This document shows positions 47,601 to 62,600 of a DNA stretch of 64,000 nt, in pieces; position 1 is the first letter of the stretch; each line of letters begins with the position of its first letter. Origin of the DNA: Marsupella aquatica (Eukaryota > Plantae > Marchantiophyta). The translations under genes and the position numbers were made by a program. The DNA lies in assembly GCA_973895155.1 (NCBI GenBank), contig OZ316895.1:21154558-21218557 (forward strand). The letters are read 5' to 3'. The notes below the pieces were generated by a model. The model was given only the letters and a program-made list of their open reading frames with translations, searched no databases and was not told where the DNA came from.

Positions 47601-50600
47601 CATTGTTTTTTCTACTATTTTCTACCATCAAACTCTTCCATCCAGTATTTGTAATTGTTAGAGAGCTGGATGCTCCAAGTTTCATATGTATCACAACTGA
47701 CTGTTGGAGTACGTTTCTTCGTGTGACCTGGATCGAAGCTCTTCATGTTGTGGACAGACTTTAGCCATTCTGCCGTGGTTTTTGAAATCTACCTATTAAC
47801 TTCTTGCAGAGTGTGAGCCGCGCGGGGAGGGACCATGCGTTAACAACTACCTTTGTGTACTGCCCCCTGGATGAGCATCTGGACTGGAAGTTATCTGCTA
47901 CAATGTCTCCTTGTCATGTTACGGTACGGTTTGATTATGTTAATGTGTTAATTATGAAAACAGCGAGCTAATCATGGTTGAAACTTTCAAATGATAAAAA
48001 TAACGAATGCTTTGCTGTTCAAGCTTGACGTAAGCCATGTCTGAGGAATCTTTTTTAAGGAGTTTTTGTCCTTCGTCCTGCAAGGTATTTATCGAAGTTG
48101 TAATAATTTTGGAACAACAGTCATTCGTAATAAACAAGTTGCAGGAAGTGATGTGGATTTCCATTTCTTGTAATTGTCGTGGGGGAGAAAGCTGATGAAA
48201 CAGGCAGTAAGGAGTTTTAGAGTCACCGTTTGTGGGTGAAAGTGCAGGTATTGAGAGCCAGCTTTGACAGATTTCTCCATTTTCTCAAGAGCAGCCAAGG
48301 CTTGAGTCCAGGTGTTGCTTTGGAAACTGCTGCAGTCTTACAGGTTAGGCAACGGACGGTTGAATACTGGCTTTACTTGTCCGCATGTCGTAAGCAGAAT
48401 ACTTTCCCTTATCTTGGTCTATGGAAGTCATTTAATAGTAATATATGACTGTTTAAGAACGTTTAATGCTCAGAGTCCAGCACTTGCTCAGGTTTAGCAT
48501 AGCCTAGGCTTGATGTAAATGTCGTCGCTCATCAAGAGGCGAATGGACAGAAAGTACCATAGCAGAAATTTGGATGTGTCAATTGATCGAGGATGCCCCG
48601 TGGCCAGTTGACAAGGTTGGGGTCGTTATGTAAGAAGAATGCAGATCATTTGAGGACCTCTTCTCCTTGTAGAATGACCTTATTTGACTAATACTTGTCG
48701 TTGAGAAAGCGTGTGCAACTCCGCTTTGGATCGATACACTTCAAGTCTTTTTCTCTGAAATATCAACGTGTTGCATATTACAGAGTAAGCTGGAGGAAGT
48801 AACACGACGAGCCCAGGAACAACTGCAGCTAGTTCTTGAAGAGCAAAGCAGGTATTGCCTAGCATGTCACACACAATGCAATTGCTCGTTACCAGGTCTT
48901 TTCTCGACTTTTGCAGACCATTCCTCGGTGTCTCTGCATCATACTCAATATTATCTAATACTTCATTTGTGTCTTGGTGAAGGTTCCATGTGCATTTGGA
49001 TCTTGATGCTCCAAAAATTGCAATACCAGCAGATGCATCTGAAGGTGGGGGAGAAGGAACGCAGTTGCTTCTTGATTTGGGTCACTTTACTCTGCAAACT
49101 TCTCTTGTAAGTGCTCTATGCAATCTAGCCAAACTATTACCTGCCTGAATACCTGGGGAATATTCAAAACCAAAACTAGTGAAATTCGTAATTTTCTTTA
49201 CCGAAAACTTGCCAAAGTAAAGACGACTGGGATGATTGTCAACCTTCGGGTCACGTCTTGCCATCTGTCACCATCTGGCGGCTCTCCCGAGGTTATCCAG
49301 AAGCCAGAGTCTGCCATTGGAGTTTATAGCATTCATATCTGTCAACCTAATGTGACTAATTTTGAAATTATTCACGTAATATGCGGTTTGAACATACTCG
49401 AAGAAATTTTAATTGCAAATTTTGAAAGGAAATCTTGGTTTCGCTCCCGATCATTGCGTCACAAAGAATCATTACGAGTAGCTGTTTCACTCCCTTGGAA
49501 ATGGCTATTGGGGGACCTACGTTAATAGCTCAACTGAGCTCTCTTGGGATTGTGGAGCAGGGGGAAGAACTTGAGCTAGAGAAGACTGGACTCTACTCAC
49601 GATTTCACATTTCTGGAAGTGATATATCTGCTTTCTTGGTGGATGGAGCATTTGAATGGTCAGAATTGCCAACAGGCAACATTCCAATAAATGGAGGTCT
49701 TGGTGATTCAGAATCTTCGACTGACAAACCTACGAGACTCATCCTTCCAGTTCTTGACCGTTGTGGCATGTCAGTTGTGCTTGATCAGGTACTTGATGTT
49801 CTTTCACTCCAGGTTTCAATTGCACTTTTGTTTTGGTCAATTATCTGGGACTAACTATGAGTGTTCTGTATATGACAAAGATTCGAGTGCAGCATCCCAG
49901 CTTCCCTGCAACTCGTGTACAAATAAAAGTTCCGCACCTTGGTGCACACTTCTCCCCTGGGCGGTACCGAAGAATGCTGTCGTTGTTAGAGGCTTTGGAG
50001 GGCGCTGATCAGCCTTTGGATGGTGTTGACATGCCCGTTAATGCTGAGACAGTCTCTGCCTGGCATCCTGCTGATTATGCGGGAGATACAAGAGTTCTTC
50101 TTTGGGGGGTAACTACTATTTACCTTCTCTCCTTTGTATGGTGCCATGGATTTGGGGTTTTTGTCTGTTGTTTTCTTTCTGATGAGCTACTTCGCAGCGT
50201 CAGCTTGTTAGTTAAAATGCTGAAGTACGTTATTGGTGGTAATGCAGGGGATAGGGAATACAGTTGCCGAATGGCAGTCATGCTGGGCTGTATTATCTGG
50301 TTCATACTTATACATTCTTGAGTCAGAATCTGCTCAGAGCTATCAACGATGCACAAGGTGGACCAATTTTGCATTCTGAAATGAGATGTTTGTGATTGCT
50401 GGTAGTCACTTGTTTCCTGAATTGTTTTAAGTGGGGTAGTTTGCCTGTTTATTACTTTTGAAATCAAAGCTTTGCACTACTAGCTTAAAGATGGTTTGAA
50501 AGCTGCCGTTGAAGCTTAAGGCCTGCCTTTGTTGAAGATATATTATTGAGTCACTGTTAAATACCGTCCTTGGATTTTCCTTATCTAGGTTGTATACTTT

Positions 50601-53600
50601 GCTAACGTTTGATTCTCCAAGGAAAAGGTGCATTGGTGATTAGGACGAATTTAGGATTCGGGTGTTGGTTTAGGGGACTGTTGAACCCTGTGTGCCTTTT
50701 TGTTTCCCAGTTTAATGGATATGCCGTTCATGGCACATTGTTCAGTCTCGTGATTTGCCAAGCGAATTGTGTTTATTGCGTTGGATAACTTTAATATCGA
50801 CGCATATGGTGCAGTATTGTTGGTAAGCACGTTGTAGAAGTTCCTCCGACAATTATAGGTGGATCAGAAAATGTCGTCGCCATCTATCATCGAGGACTTG
50901 ATATGCAAAAGGTATAATGCATTTTCTACGAAAATTCTTCATTTGGATGCTGTCATTGAACGAACACGACACTTGTTTCTTACCGTGTATGCTTAAATGC
51001 AAATGCCAATCATTTAGCGATTGGTTACTACGATTGGTTCTGTCATCAATTCATTTGCGATTATCCTTCCAGATTAGCTTGACATAGCTAGTATCTGTCC
51101 CTTGTCCCTTTGGAAATTCGGGGACTTAGTTTTTTTGCTGTATTTTTAAGTCCTACTTTTTTAGAAGTATTCCCCATCTTCTGCACCATCCCATGCAGGT
51201 AGCATAAGCAGATATACTACTCGAATGGATGCTAACCTGAATCCTTCACAAGTCATCTAGCAACGCAAGACTTAATACTCCGTGCTTTGTGCTCGTTAAT
51301 TCAGGACTGACGCGCATGAACCTAACAGTGCTGAGAAATAAATGTTGCTTGAGTTTAGTGAAGTCCCTGGAAGACTTGCATAATGCACAAGAACAGGGAC
51401 GTTCTGAAAAGCTGAGAGAAAATGTCAATCGATACAATTGATACATACCTTCACTTCAGTTACGAGGTTTGCGTCAGTTTGAATGAGAAAATAATCGGTT
51501 AGAAGAAACTCGTTTTCTATGCCACAGTTTAAAATCAAATGTCTACTTTTAACGCCCAATTGGTGAAATAAAACTGCGCCATTCAGATTCGACGAATTGG
51601 ATAGTTAGGCATATTCTTCTTGGCGTAATTGCATGATAGATTCTTGGTGAATTGTGCAGGCTGTAGAATCTTCCCATGCAGTCCTTCTACAGCTTAAAAA
51701 TGAGAACAGCCGGACAGCCTGGTTACACCACCTAACGAGGGCAGCGTATAAAGCATCGGTGAGTTTGAGTCATTTCAGTTGCGGCTTAAGGCTGCACGGT
51801 TGTCTCAGGTTGTCTAAAATGAGAATGATAGAGCTTGGGTCGTTTTCGTTCCCGGACTGAACGAGTCTCGTCGACTTCAGGCCTATTCAACTGGGATGGT
51901 CTTGTTCTGTTTCCTTCATTTGCAGGCCCGTGTAGTTGTGCTGCTTATCTTATGAATCTTTGCATGATTCAGGTTCCTGTCTCGCTATCCCTTCCAGAGT
52001 TTACTGAGTCGGACACTACAGATACGGACTCGGTGGATCTTAACAAGCAGCCGCGCTTGCTTGTGTTTGGGTCATTGCATAAGCTGCAGATCTCTCTACT
52101 CGGCTCGGTAATTGCTTCAATCTTAGTCATCTTAGAAATTATAATCATTAGAATCCTGAATTGCGCTCACTTGTTTTATGGTCTATTCGTCCAGGGGCCA
52201 GACGCTAGCGATTGAGTACATAGTGTAGTGTCTTGCTTTTCTGATGTATTTCTGACAGACCAACGGTGCGATTCTAAGCTTCATGTCTCTATTGATGCTG
52301 AAGACTTCCCGAGCAGGTTCTACTGGAGCTAATTTGCACAGTGACGAGACACTTATCTTACAATTACAGGCTACTGGAGGCAAGGTCAGTGTATAGTCCA
52401 TGAAGTTTGCCCGCAAGAGATATCACGCTAGTTCGGATAATGATATTGGATTGGACGATAATATTTGTGCGCATTGGCTTCTGACAGGTTGACGTTCTTC
52501 AAAGACAATATGACATGCTAATTGGAGTGAAACTACACTCTTTGAAGGTCGAGGATAGACTGCAGGGACCTGTTGGGCCATCATGTCAATATATTGCTCG
52601 CTCAGTTATTTCTTCAAGAAGCTTCACCTTAGACCCCAATGAGAATGGAGAGTCTTCACGCAGTCTGGCGATTGACGAAGCAAGTTCCGAGGATGATGAC
52701 GACGACTTTGATGATGCACTTCAAGATTTTGGGAGGGAGTCACCGGACCAGAGCCCCTCTAGCTCATTTCAGCATACGTCATCGTCAAAGCTTCGGGTGT
52801 CTAAAAGTATTGACCAGGCACTTCCTCATTGGGGGCTTGATCCTTTGAGTGCTACCAAAGCAGAGGCACTTCTGGAGGAAATATTCAGTCAACGTGAAGA
52901 GGTTGAGGTTTCTGATTTTGTGAAGATGCGTATTGCATTCCGACACAAGGAATCACCTGACTACAATGGGATAGACACGCAGGTAAATATATCTGATGTC
53001 CAGGATTGCTTAGATTTGGTTGAATGACATGAGCTTTAGTGTCTTTACTGTGCGTTCACGGGATAATTAGTTTTGCTTTTCCTTTGTTTCAGATAAATCT
53101 GCGCATGGCAACCTTGGACTTCTTCTGCAACAGACTTACAGTGGTAGCCCTGATTGATTTTGGTATGGAGTTCAACGAGATAATGGATTCTGATACAGGA
53201 ATAAGTCTACCTCGTTCAAGTACCGATAGCCCCACGCCTACTGAAAATCTAGAGGCTGCTCAACGGCACATTGTTAGAGGCCTCCTGGGCCGTGGGAAAT
53301 CACGAGTGATATTTCAGCTCAAGATGGATATGGAAAGTGCTCGCATATATCTGAACAAAGAGGATGGCTCCCAGCTTGCTGTTCTTGCTCAGGAACGACT
53401 TATGATGGACCTGAAAGTATGAACTTTTCGGACGACTTGATTGTAGAAGCCTTAGGAAGCAAGTTTTGTCACTAAAGATGAACTTTGTATTGTACTCACT
53501 GCTTAATTTCTCTGTTTGAACCAACTTCAAAATCGAATAATTGTCTCGGGCATGTGCTATAAGTGTTCTTGAGTTTTAGGGCAGGTTCATTTTTTTCTCT

Positions 53601-56600
53601 GGATCACTTGTCTTTCGATGCTGGAAGCATCATCCAACGGGGAACTGTTGCCACTGTGTATTTCCTCAGTTACGTTTGTTTTCCACTATCGTGGGAAGCC
53701 AATGTACCTGAAGTCACATTCTGAAGTTTTATACTGACCTGCGGTAAGCACCAGGCTGACTGAGTTTTTGTGCCTGGGGATTATGCGATAGGTTTATCCT
53801 GGGTCATTTTCCATTACAAGTACTCTGGGAAACTTGCGAGTTTGCGATTCTCTTCTTGGCCCAGACCACCAATGGGGTTGGCTTTGTGATATCCGTGATC
53901 CTGGCTGTGGTTCACTTGTTGAGGTATTTGCTCTTGCTTCGATTATTTGGTTCAGTCAATGCTTCAATGCTTTCAATTTCTCATGAATGGGTAGAATGTC
54001 GGATGGGTCTATCAATTTTTAGATATAGCAGTTGATGACATTGAGTGGTTGTAGTGCCAATGTGGACAATTTTACATGACTTCTCACAAGGTGGTTATAC
54101 CTATGTATCCAACAGTTAGAGTTCCACTCCTTCAACAAGGAAGATGATGATTTCCAAGGACATGACTACAGTTTGTCTGGAAAGCTTTCTGCTGTGAGGA
54201 TTGTGTTTCTCTACAGATTCATTCAAGAGGTAAGGATCTTTTACTAATTCTTCGACTTTATTGAAACTAATTCCTATTGAAACGGAATGGCAGCAGTAGA
54301 ATGCACGTTTGTGCGTTCGGGGTGATCTTTTAGTGGTGAACTTTCAGGTGACTGATCCTAATTTCTAAACATCTAAGTTCCGGGATCCTAATCTGTTTCA
54401 ACTTGTTAAAACTTCTGCGATGCCAGATCACAGCCTACTTCTATGCCCTGGCCACCCCGCAAGTACAGCAGGTCATCACAGTCGTGGACAAGGTTGGCGG
54501 GATCGAAAAGCTCGTCCAGCAGTCAGATATGGAGGGTTCACCAGCTGTGAAATTGAATGTGTCTCTGGATACACCCATCATTATCATGCCCCGGAATTCT
54601 CAGAGTCAGGAGTAAGTGCTTGTGTTGAGACGAAAGTTCTTGTTCTACATTATTGTTTTGAGTTTAGGTTCATCGTGTATTTTGAATATGCCTGGTCAGG
54701 ATTTACTCCGCTTGCTGGAGTCGTGCTGGAATTTAATAACTCCCTCTAACAGGTTTATGCAGCTGGATCTTGGCCATCTTGAGGTGTTTAATGCATTTCA
54801 CTGGCATGGTGGTGGGAAGAGCGATCCATCTGCTGTGCACATGGATGTGCTATCTGCAGAGGTAACAGAATTGAGTTATTCAGTTTGAGTTTGCACCCAG
54901 GCTTATGCACTTTCCAGGAATTAACTGTCATGTTTCTCTGAAGCAGATAACAGACATAAATATGGTGGTTGGTATCAACGGTCAGCCTGGCAAACCAATG
55001 ATCGAGGAGGCTTCTGGGATTCATATAGTTGTTCAAAGACCCTTGAGAGACTTGTTCAAGAAGGTTCCGGAGATGCAAGTGGATGTACAGGTATGGAAGC
55101 CGTGGACAACTCCCTTAGGGTTGATGTTTGTAACGTGTTTATAAAATGAAACAACGCCGCGCTACTTTCAGAATGAGCTGAATGGCCTATCATCCCGTAA
55201 GCGATTTTCCATATCATTGCCTTCTACCTTCTATCTCTTGTCCAAGTTGTGGATTAGTAGGCTTTTGTCTTAAGCAATTAACACGTGTTTGTTTGCAACC
55301 AGGTGGACATGCTTTGTGGGGCTGTGTCTGACAAGGAATATCTGGTGATCATTGATTGTGCTTCCACCAATGTTGCGGAGCAGCCCAATCTTCCACCAAG
55401 TTTTCGAGATAATGCTGCAACCAGTGAGATCAGCGATCAAGAGTTCATGCACCTTGAGTCACCACAAGACTCTGATGAACAAATAGCTCAGACCGTGGGA
55501 AGGGATGGGCAAGCCTTGGCAACTTGGACCAAAATGCGATGGAATGTTGACGTTCGTCATGTGGAATTGGAGCTATATGTTGGTGTGGATCGCGTTTTCC
55601 CTTTGGCACGCGTGGAGGTATTGGATTCTCTACTTAAAACACCAAGAGGCGTTATTGAGTTTGTTTGGCGAGATTTTCATAATTCGAGTACTTCGTCGTA
55701 TCATAAGCCATAGAACATGTTCATGGCTGCTTAGATGCTCCGGTTTACTTGTTGAGAGAATGATTTGAATGCTCTTGTAGATAGTTGGCTTGATATTTGC
55801 AGATGGAAATCATGAGCTGGTACCACTGGTTGTGTGAAATTTGTAGAGGACTTGATGATGCCCTTAGTCGATCCTTTGATCCCGTACCTTGAAAGCCTCA
55901 GCACCATCATGGCACACGTCTACAAATGAAAAACAAATGTCGATTCAGTCGTCTACAAGTATTAGAAGCTTTTTAATCATTGCCCTCCTTTCTAGTTAAT
56001 TATACAAAAAAATTGTTGCAGTCGGTATGATAACTTTTTAGTTTCCTTGAATGGATACTGTACCAGAATGTTTTCCTCTCTTTATCTTGCAGATTCAGAG
56101 ATATTGGCTGAGTTATTGCACAACAACAGCGCAAGAGATGGACCTATACGTCACACTTCCAAAACTATCAGTCGTAGATCTTAGGGCTGACACAAAGCCG
56201 GAGATGCGATTGATGCTGGGGTCTTTGTCGGATGTAGACATGGCAGCAGGACCAGGTGTTGAAACTGCGACTACGCACAGTGGAGACAATGGGAGCAGGC
56301 AGTCAGAGGGTACAACATGCCCAGAGCTGACCATGCTAGTGATGGATATCCATATGAAGCCAGACTCTCAAGCAATCAAGATCCGTGTACAGCGTCCAAG
56401 ACTTCTTGTGGTTGTTGATTTTATCCTTGCAATTGCAGAATTTTTTGTGCCATCTCTTGGTTCAATTACTGGGAGGGACGAAGCCATGGATGTCAGTAAT
56501 GACCCCATAACTCAGCAGGACCATATCAGACTTAAAACTGAATACTACTTACAGTCGGAAGAAGTTGTGATCTTGTCTGCGGGTCGGCAGCTTGTTGCTG

Positions 56601-59600
56601 ATGCGCATGACATTGATGAGTTTGTCTATGATGGTGGTGGCAATTCTCTGTTTCTTGATGTTTCAGACGATGATACTAGTAAATCACAGTTAGATTTGGA
56701 GCCATTGATATTTATCGGCTGCAATAAGCATCTGCGGTTCAAGAACATTCATATCAAGGTATTGTCTAACTTGCGCTTTGTCAATGTTCAGTTTTCGTAA
56801 AGCTGTGCCTTCTAGATCCAGTTGGTAGTTTATCTTCTATTTCGTGTGAGTTCTGTGGACGGGTACGGTATTGCCGAAATTTGATGTAACATTCGAAATA
56901 TTAAAACAATGCGGCTTTCGGAAGTTATAATTGCAAGCGGCTTTAAATTTGACTTGGTGAGTGGTACTTAACGCAACCTTTGATTTTTGCTGTGAAATGT
57001 GCAGAATGGCCTCTGGTTAAGCAAGGCGGTCCATCTTAGCTGTGACAGTTCATATGGTGTCAACTTTGACGATGGAGTTGTCCTGGAAGGTTCTAGTGAT
57101 TTCTACGATTTTGTGACAAGCCCAAAGAGCGGTCGGAGAGGGAGTTTTACAAGCGCAAGCCCTATGAGGATCTCAACATCTCAGAAGGACATGTCCGACA
57201 TTAACAATTTCGTCCTAGATGTGCAGGTGGGGTCTACCGTCGTTTCTCTGTTCAATGGATTTTGCTAGGCTCTGTAGCGCTTCATGACTTGCTTCATAGA
57301 TGAAGTGCTGAATATTAATGCCTTCTTTTTCTTGAGGTTGCTTGAAAGCAGGCGCAGCCGCTCTTCTTACACTCATTTATGATTGGTATTCTGAAAACGC
57401 AAGTAAAGAAAAATTGCTGTATTGACTTCTGGGAGCTTGCAGTCCATTTTTTAACTAGAGATACATTTCACGTCTTGCAGGCCGTATCACCAGAGCTTAC
57501 TTTCTATGACAGCACAAAGTGGCCATCTGGCACCCTTTCGCAGCGAGAAAAATTGCTTAGGGCAAAGTTGAGCTTCAACCTTATGTAAGTTTTATATTGC
57601 GAAGTCTAAATACAGTTCTTCGGCGCTCTGTTGACATGGAAGAGAGGTCCACCACCTCAAGTTCGAGGCGAAAATTAAATCAAGAACGAATTTATCTGGC
57701 CTGTCCAGTGCACACGCTCCAAAGCAAGAGGCTTTTTCTTGGATTATTGGTATGCGCAAGTATGAAGTGTCATGATCTATTTTGGAGGTCTTATCAGTCG
57801 TGTTTGTTGGCAGGGTTGCCTCAAAAGGAAAAGACCAGTGGGTCAGGGGACATATAAAGAGCCTTAGTATCGAAGGAGGTTCAGGAATAGTCGTTGTGGA
57901 TCCCCTGGATGTAACTGGGGACTATACTTGTATTCAGGACAAGACGTCTATGATTGTTACCACCTCTGATATATCAATGAGGCTCTCCTTTAATGTAATT
58001 AGCCTTGTGCTTCGTTTCCACCAAGATGCACTCTCAACATTTCAATTCAGAGATGCCGATCCAGTTTTGCCTTGCACCCATTTTGACCGCATATGGGTCA
58101 CCAACACAGGTTTGGCATGATCCTTTTTGTCAAGTTTTTCTAACTGAAAGGGTGTATGGAATGTTTGTGACTAGGCCTATGCGCTATTTCGTCACACTGA
58201 CCTTTGGCAGATTCCTGTGCTATGCACCAAGTGGGGGCATGGTGTGCTTTCAAATTTGCCTGGCTTGCAGCCCTTCATCATATACATTTGACATGCAAAT
58301 GTTTGGGTCTCACTTCAGGAAGCAGCCCTTCTGAGCAAGTTACTATCTGGAGGCCAAGAGCACCACCTGGATATGCAATCTTGAGTGACTGTGCAACTTC
58401 AGGGTAGGCTTCAACACTTGAATTACCCAGTAGGAGGATGAGAAAGCTGATCGTCAGTAGCACCTCTACTATTGTGGTCTGATTTAAGAGACGTCAGCAT
58501 AAGATAGTCTATTTCTATCCCTTTTATTTGTTTCTTATATTTTTTATGGACTTACTTTCTTTGCCCTATGTGAGTGATTGCATATCAGTATTAGTGTGAA
58601 ATAGGAATCTCTATCTAACCTATTTATCCAAATGAATTGTTTCACAGGACGGCACCTCCGTCACAAGCTGTTATGGCTGTAAGCAAGACGTATCGACACT
58701 TACAAAGGCCCATGAGGTTTGACCTTTTGTGGTGTTCTATTGGTGACGTGACTTATCAGCAGGATGGTGAAGCCTGTCAAAGGCTATCGTCCTCAGATCT
58801 GGGCAATTGTTGGTGCATATGGGTCCCTGTTGCATCCCCAGGCTATGTGGCTCTAGGATGTATTGTCGAGCGTGGGACTTCTCCACCTCCCTTGAGTATT
58901 GTCCATTGTATCCGTTCTGACCTTGTGACATCGGGATCTATGAGCGACTGTCTGTTCTATGTACCACCTGATGCCAGGTAAACTACAGAACTCGTGAAAA
59001 GTATTAATTGCATGATGGCTTGCTTTCCTAGGCTGAGTGATTGTTTGTCTCAAGTTGGAAATGCTTACTTTCTCTTGATGAGTTGTAATTGTCCACTTCT
59101 CACGGTGTTGTTGAACAGTCGCATCATATTGGAGCACATTGTAAGGTTATCATAGAAATGCACTTTTTGACCTTACTTTAGCTGTGGAAACGATCAATTC
59201 TGACTTGGATTCTGGTTTACTACTGAAGCGCTACAACTTATTGATAACTTGCCCTTCAGTTGTTGGAATACTGACCCTTGTCTTCCTTTAAATTGTGTCC
59301 ATCCTAGGGGATTCTATTTGTTAGTAGGACAATATTCATAAATCTTTCGTATTTTAGTAAGTTACTTGAATTCTTCAAGCAGGGAGGAGCATAGGAACGG
59401 CTGCAGTTTTTGGCGGATAGAGAATGCAGTGGGTTCCTTCTTTGTTCATTCATCGATTGAACCTCCACCAAAATCTGTTCTTTGTGATCTGCGAGAGGTG
59501 TTGCGGTGTGGTCTGGATAGTAGTGGCAATGAGACAGATAAACCGAGCACAGAACTAGCTACTCCGCTTGATCTAGGGAGCAGAAGGAGGCTGGAGAGGA

Positions 59601-62600
59601 GACCAAGCTGCTCTCGTCTGGACTCAGTATCGAGTTCTCTTTCGCAGTCCACCAGGAACTTCATCATTAGAACACAACAGTTTGAACGGCTTTGGTGGGA
59701 CAAGGGTTCAGACTCGAGAAAAGTTGTTTCAATCTGGCGACCCAAACCCCCTCCTGGCTATGCTGTACTTGGTGATTGTCTTGTTGAAGGGTACGTTTCT
59801 TCATTGTTCAAATTCTTTCCAAGACAAGACTACAATTTAAGTGCCAATTCTATTGGTTGATGTGACGACTGATCGTCTTCTCTTGTTGCTCAAATATTAG
59901 ATTGGAGCCTCCAAGCTTTGGTGTGGCTCTCCGAGAAGATGAGACTGGTACTTTAATGAAGCCCACGAAGTATCTCCAGCGGATGAACACCTCCGGCAAG
60001 GGATTAGAAGATGTGTATATCTGGTTCCCTGTTGCCCCGGCTGGCTACGTTGCGATGGGATGCATTGCTACGAAAACACAACAATTGCCACAGCTGGACC
60101 AAGTGCGTTGCATACGCAGTGATCTTGTAACTCAAGTCAATTTCTCAAAGAAACCACTGTGGAATATGTCTACAGAAAAGAATGTGAACACGGTTTGGAA
60201 CATCGCGGTGAATCGTGTCAACTATAACTGCAGTTTATGGAAGGTGGACAATCAGGTATTAGTCAAAGCTCTCAGATCATGCATTACAAATTCTAAATAT
60301 TTTTTATCCATTCCCTATTTTTTTGTTGTTGAATCTTGGCCCTTTCTGCTTTTGGGCAGGCGCATACTTTTATTGCTCGACCTGACCTCAAAAGACCACC
60401 AGCTCGCATGGCATACAGTCTTGCTGAGATTGGGAAACGAAAGTTGAGAGATAACTTGACCGGTGAAGTAAAGATTGGTCGTCTGTCAGCAACTGTCTAT
60501 GATGACTTGAGTGGCTTGGTAAGTGCACAGGGCAAAGCAAACCAAAAAAACTACATGTCTCTTGAAAAATCCTTCTTTGCTATGTTGTTTAGTGATCTAC
60601 AATATCATTACGAAATTGACAATTTGACGATGGCTCATGCTTAGAATAGTTTCAGAAGGGATAGATTATATCAGTGATGGGCAATGTCACAGCGTAGCAG
60701 TACCTTGAAATCTCTGGTGCTATTCTGAGTATATAATGCAGAGATTTGTGTCTTTTTCCAGATGACTCCAGTAGTGGACATGACGGTGACAAATATCAAC
60801 CTTGCTGCCCATGGAAGGGCAGAGGCTTTCAGTATAGTCGTTATCACAGCTATTGCTGCATCAACATTCAATGTCAGACTTGAAGCTTGGGAACCTCTAA
60901 TCGAGCCTTTCGATGGTATCATTAAGTACGTCAAATATATACACGCAATTTCTGTTGAAGAGAAAGACAGTGAATTGGGAAGCTCCCTTTTTTAGGTACA
61001 CAGATCAGAATTTGTATACGACAGTCAGTTTATACTCTCGAGAGGAATTTAAACTTCCGGATTTCAGTTGTCAGTTCTAGTGAACGTACGGTTACTGTTT
61101 ATCGTCATTTCCAGTAGGCAAGGTCTTCCAACTTATGGAATTCTAGGTCCAGTAGGTCAGAATACTGCACCACAGGCTTTGGTTGCCCTAGGAAATGGTT
61201 CTCCTTGATGTGCTTTGTGCTGGTGAGTCTACAGATACTATACCTTGTGTCCAACCTCTTCCAAAATCATGTAATTGTAATGCTGACAACATTAAAGCTC
61301 TCAAAATGAAGTAAGGGGGATGGGAGCTCAAACACCCAAAACGATATGCCTTACAGTTATATCCTTGCAGATAATGCTTGGATTGAACTGGAAACAAAAC
61401 TTTGTTGGTCTACCATATGAACGAAGTTGAATGGAACAAGATTTAAATTTAAAGCTCTCTGATAGATAAGCCAGCAATAGGAGTCGTCGCTCTCACTCAT
61501 TTCTGAGGAGAAAATGAATTGAATGGAGCTGTTTTCAAAGATAAGCCTGCGGTTAGAGTTACAAGTCATCCTGCAAGGATCAGAAATCAGGCTAATTTGA
61601 TAATGTGTGTTATTCGTTATGCTGGAAACAACTCCTTGACTAGTTTGTGTCAACTTTGCTGTTGTGTGGGATTGAATAGGTTTGAATCTTACGACATAAG
61701 TGCGGAAGCATCACTTAAAATAGGAAAGCGGTTCCGGATCTCAGCAGCAAACATTGTCAATGTAAATCTTACATCCGCATCTGTTGATGCACTTGTTGGT
61801 GCTACTCTTTCATGGCGAAAGCAGGTGGAGTTTGAACAAAAGGCTCGAATGGTCTTACAAGTGGTAAGGCCGATTCTCATTGAGAAACGTGTTCGGCATG
61901 TTTGATGAATAATCAGAAACGGGTCCCTCAGTCAATTTGAGCTTCACAATGCCATTTTTTCCTTATCTTCTGACACAAAAGCAGCAATTGTAATTTGAAG
62001 ATTTGTGACAACTTAGAGATTCTGGCTACCTTCTGTAAGGTGTCCATGATATACACATATATCAAACTGAACCATTTTGGTATTCCTATGGTACTTGCAG
62101 GAAGAATCTGAAGGAAAAGCAGGCAATCTGAATTCCGCATTGGAAGAGGAAGACTTGGAGACTGTGGTCTTTGACAATGATCTAGGAAGTGAGTTGTATC
62201 TTCGGACATTCAAGGATAATTTCCAAAAGGTCATCGTTGTACCGGCAGAGCAAAGTAATCTGATACATTTGCCGCCTCCAAATTTTCCGGACAAGTTCAT
62301 GACTGTAACTGACACAAGACAGATCCGCCACTACGTACTTGTACACGTGTCTGAGGGCAAGGTACCTAAAACTCAATATCCTTCTGACTTTTCTGTTTTC
62401 GGGGAGTGAAATGGTTTCACTTGTTCGCTTTGTAGTATAGAGTCTGGTGGTGTCAAGCCCCGGGCATTCTCAGTGCATTGCCTCCTCTGTGTGCAATATG
62501 GCTGAGAAAGTGTACCGTTGTATTAGATTTCCTTACAATTGCACGTCCTGGGGGATGGTAAGGGTTATGCAAAACGTGGTTAAAAATCAGCGTGAAAGCA

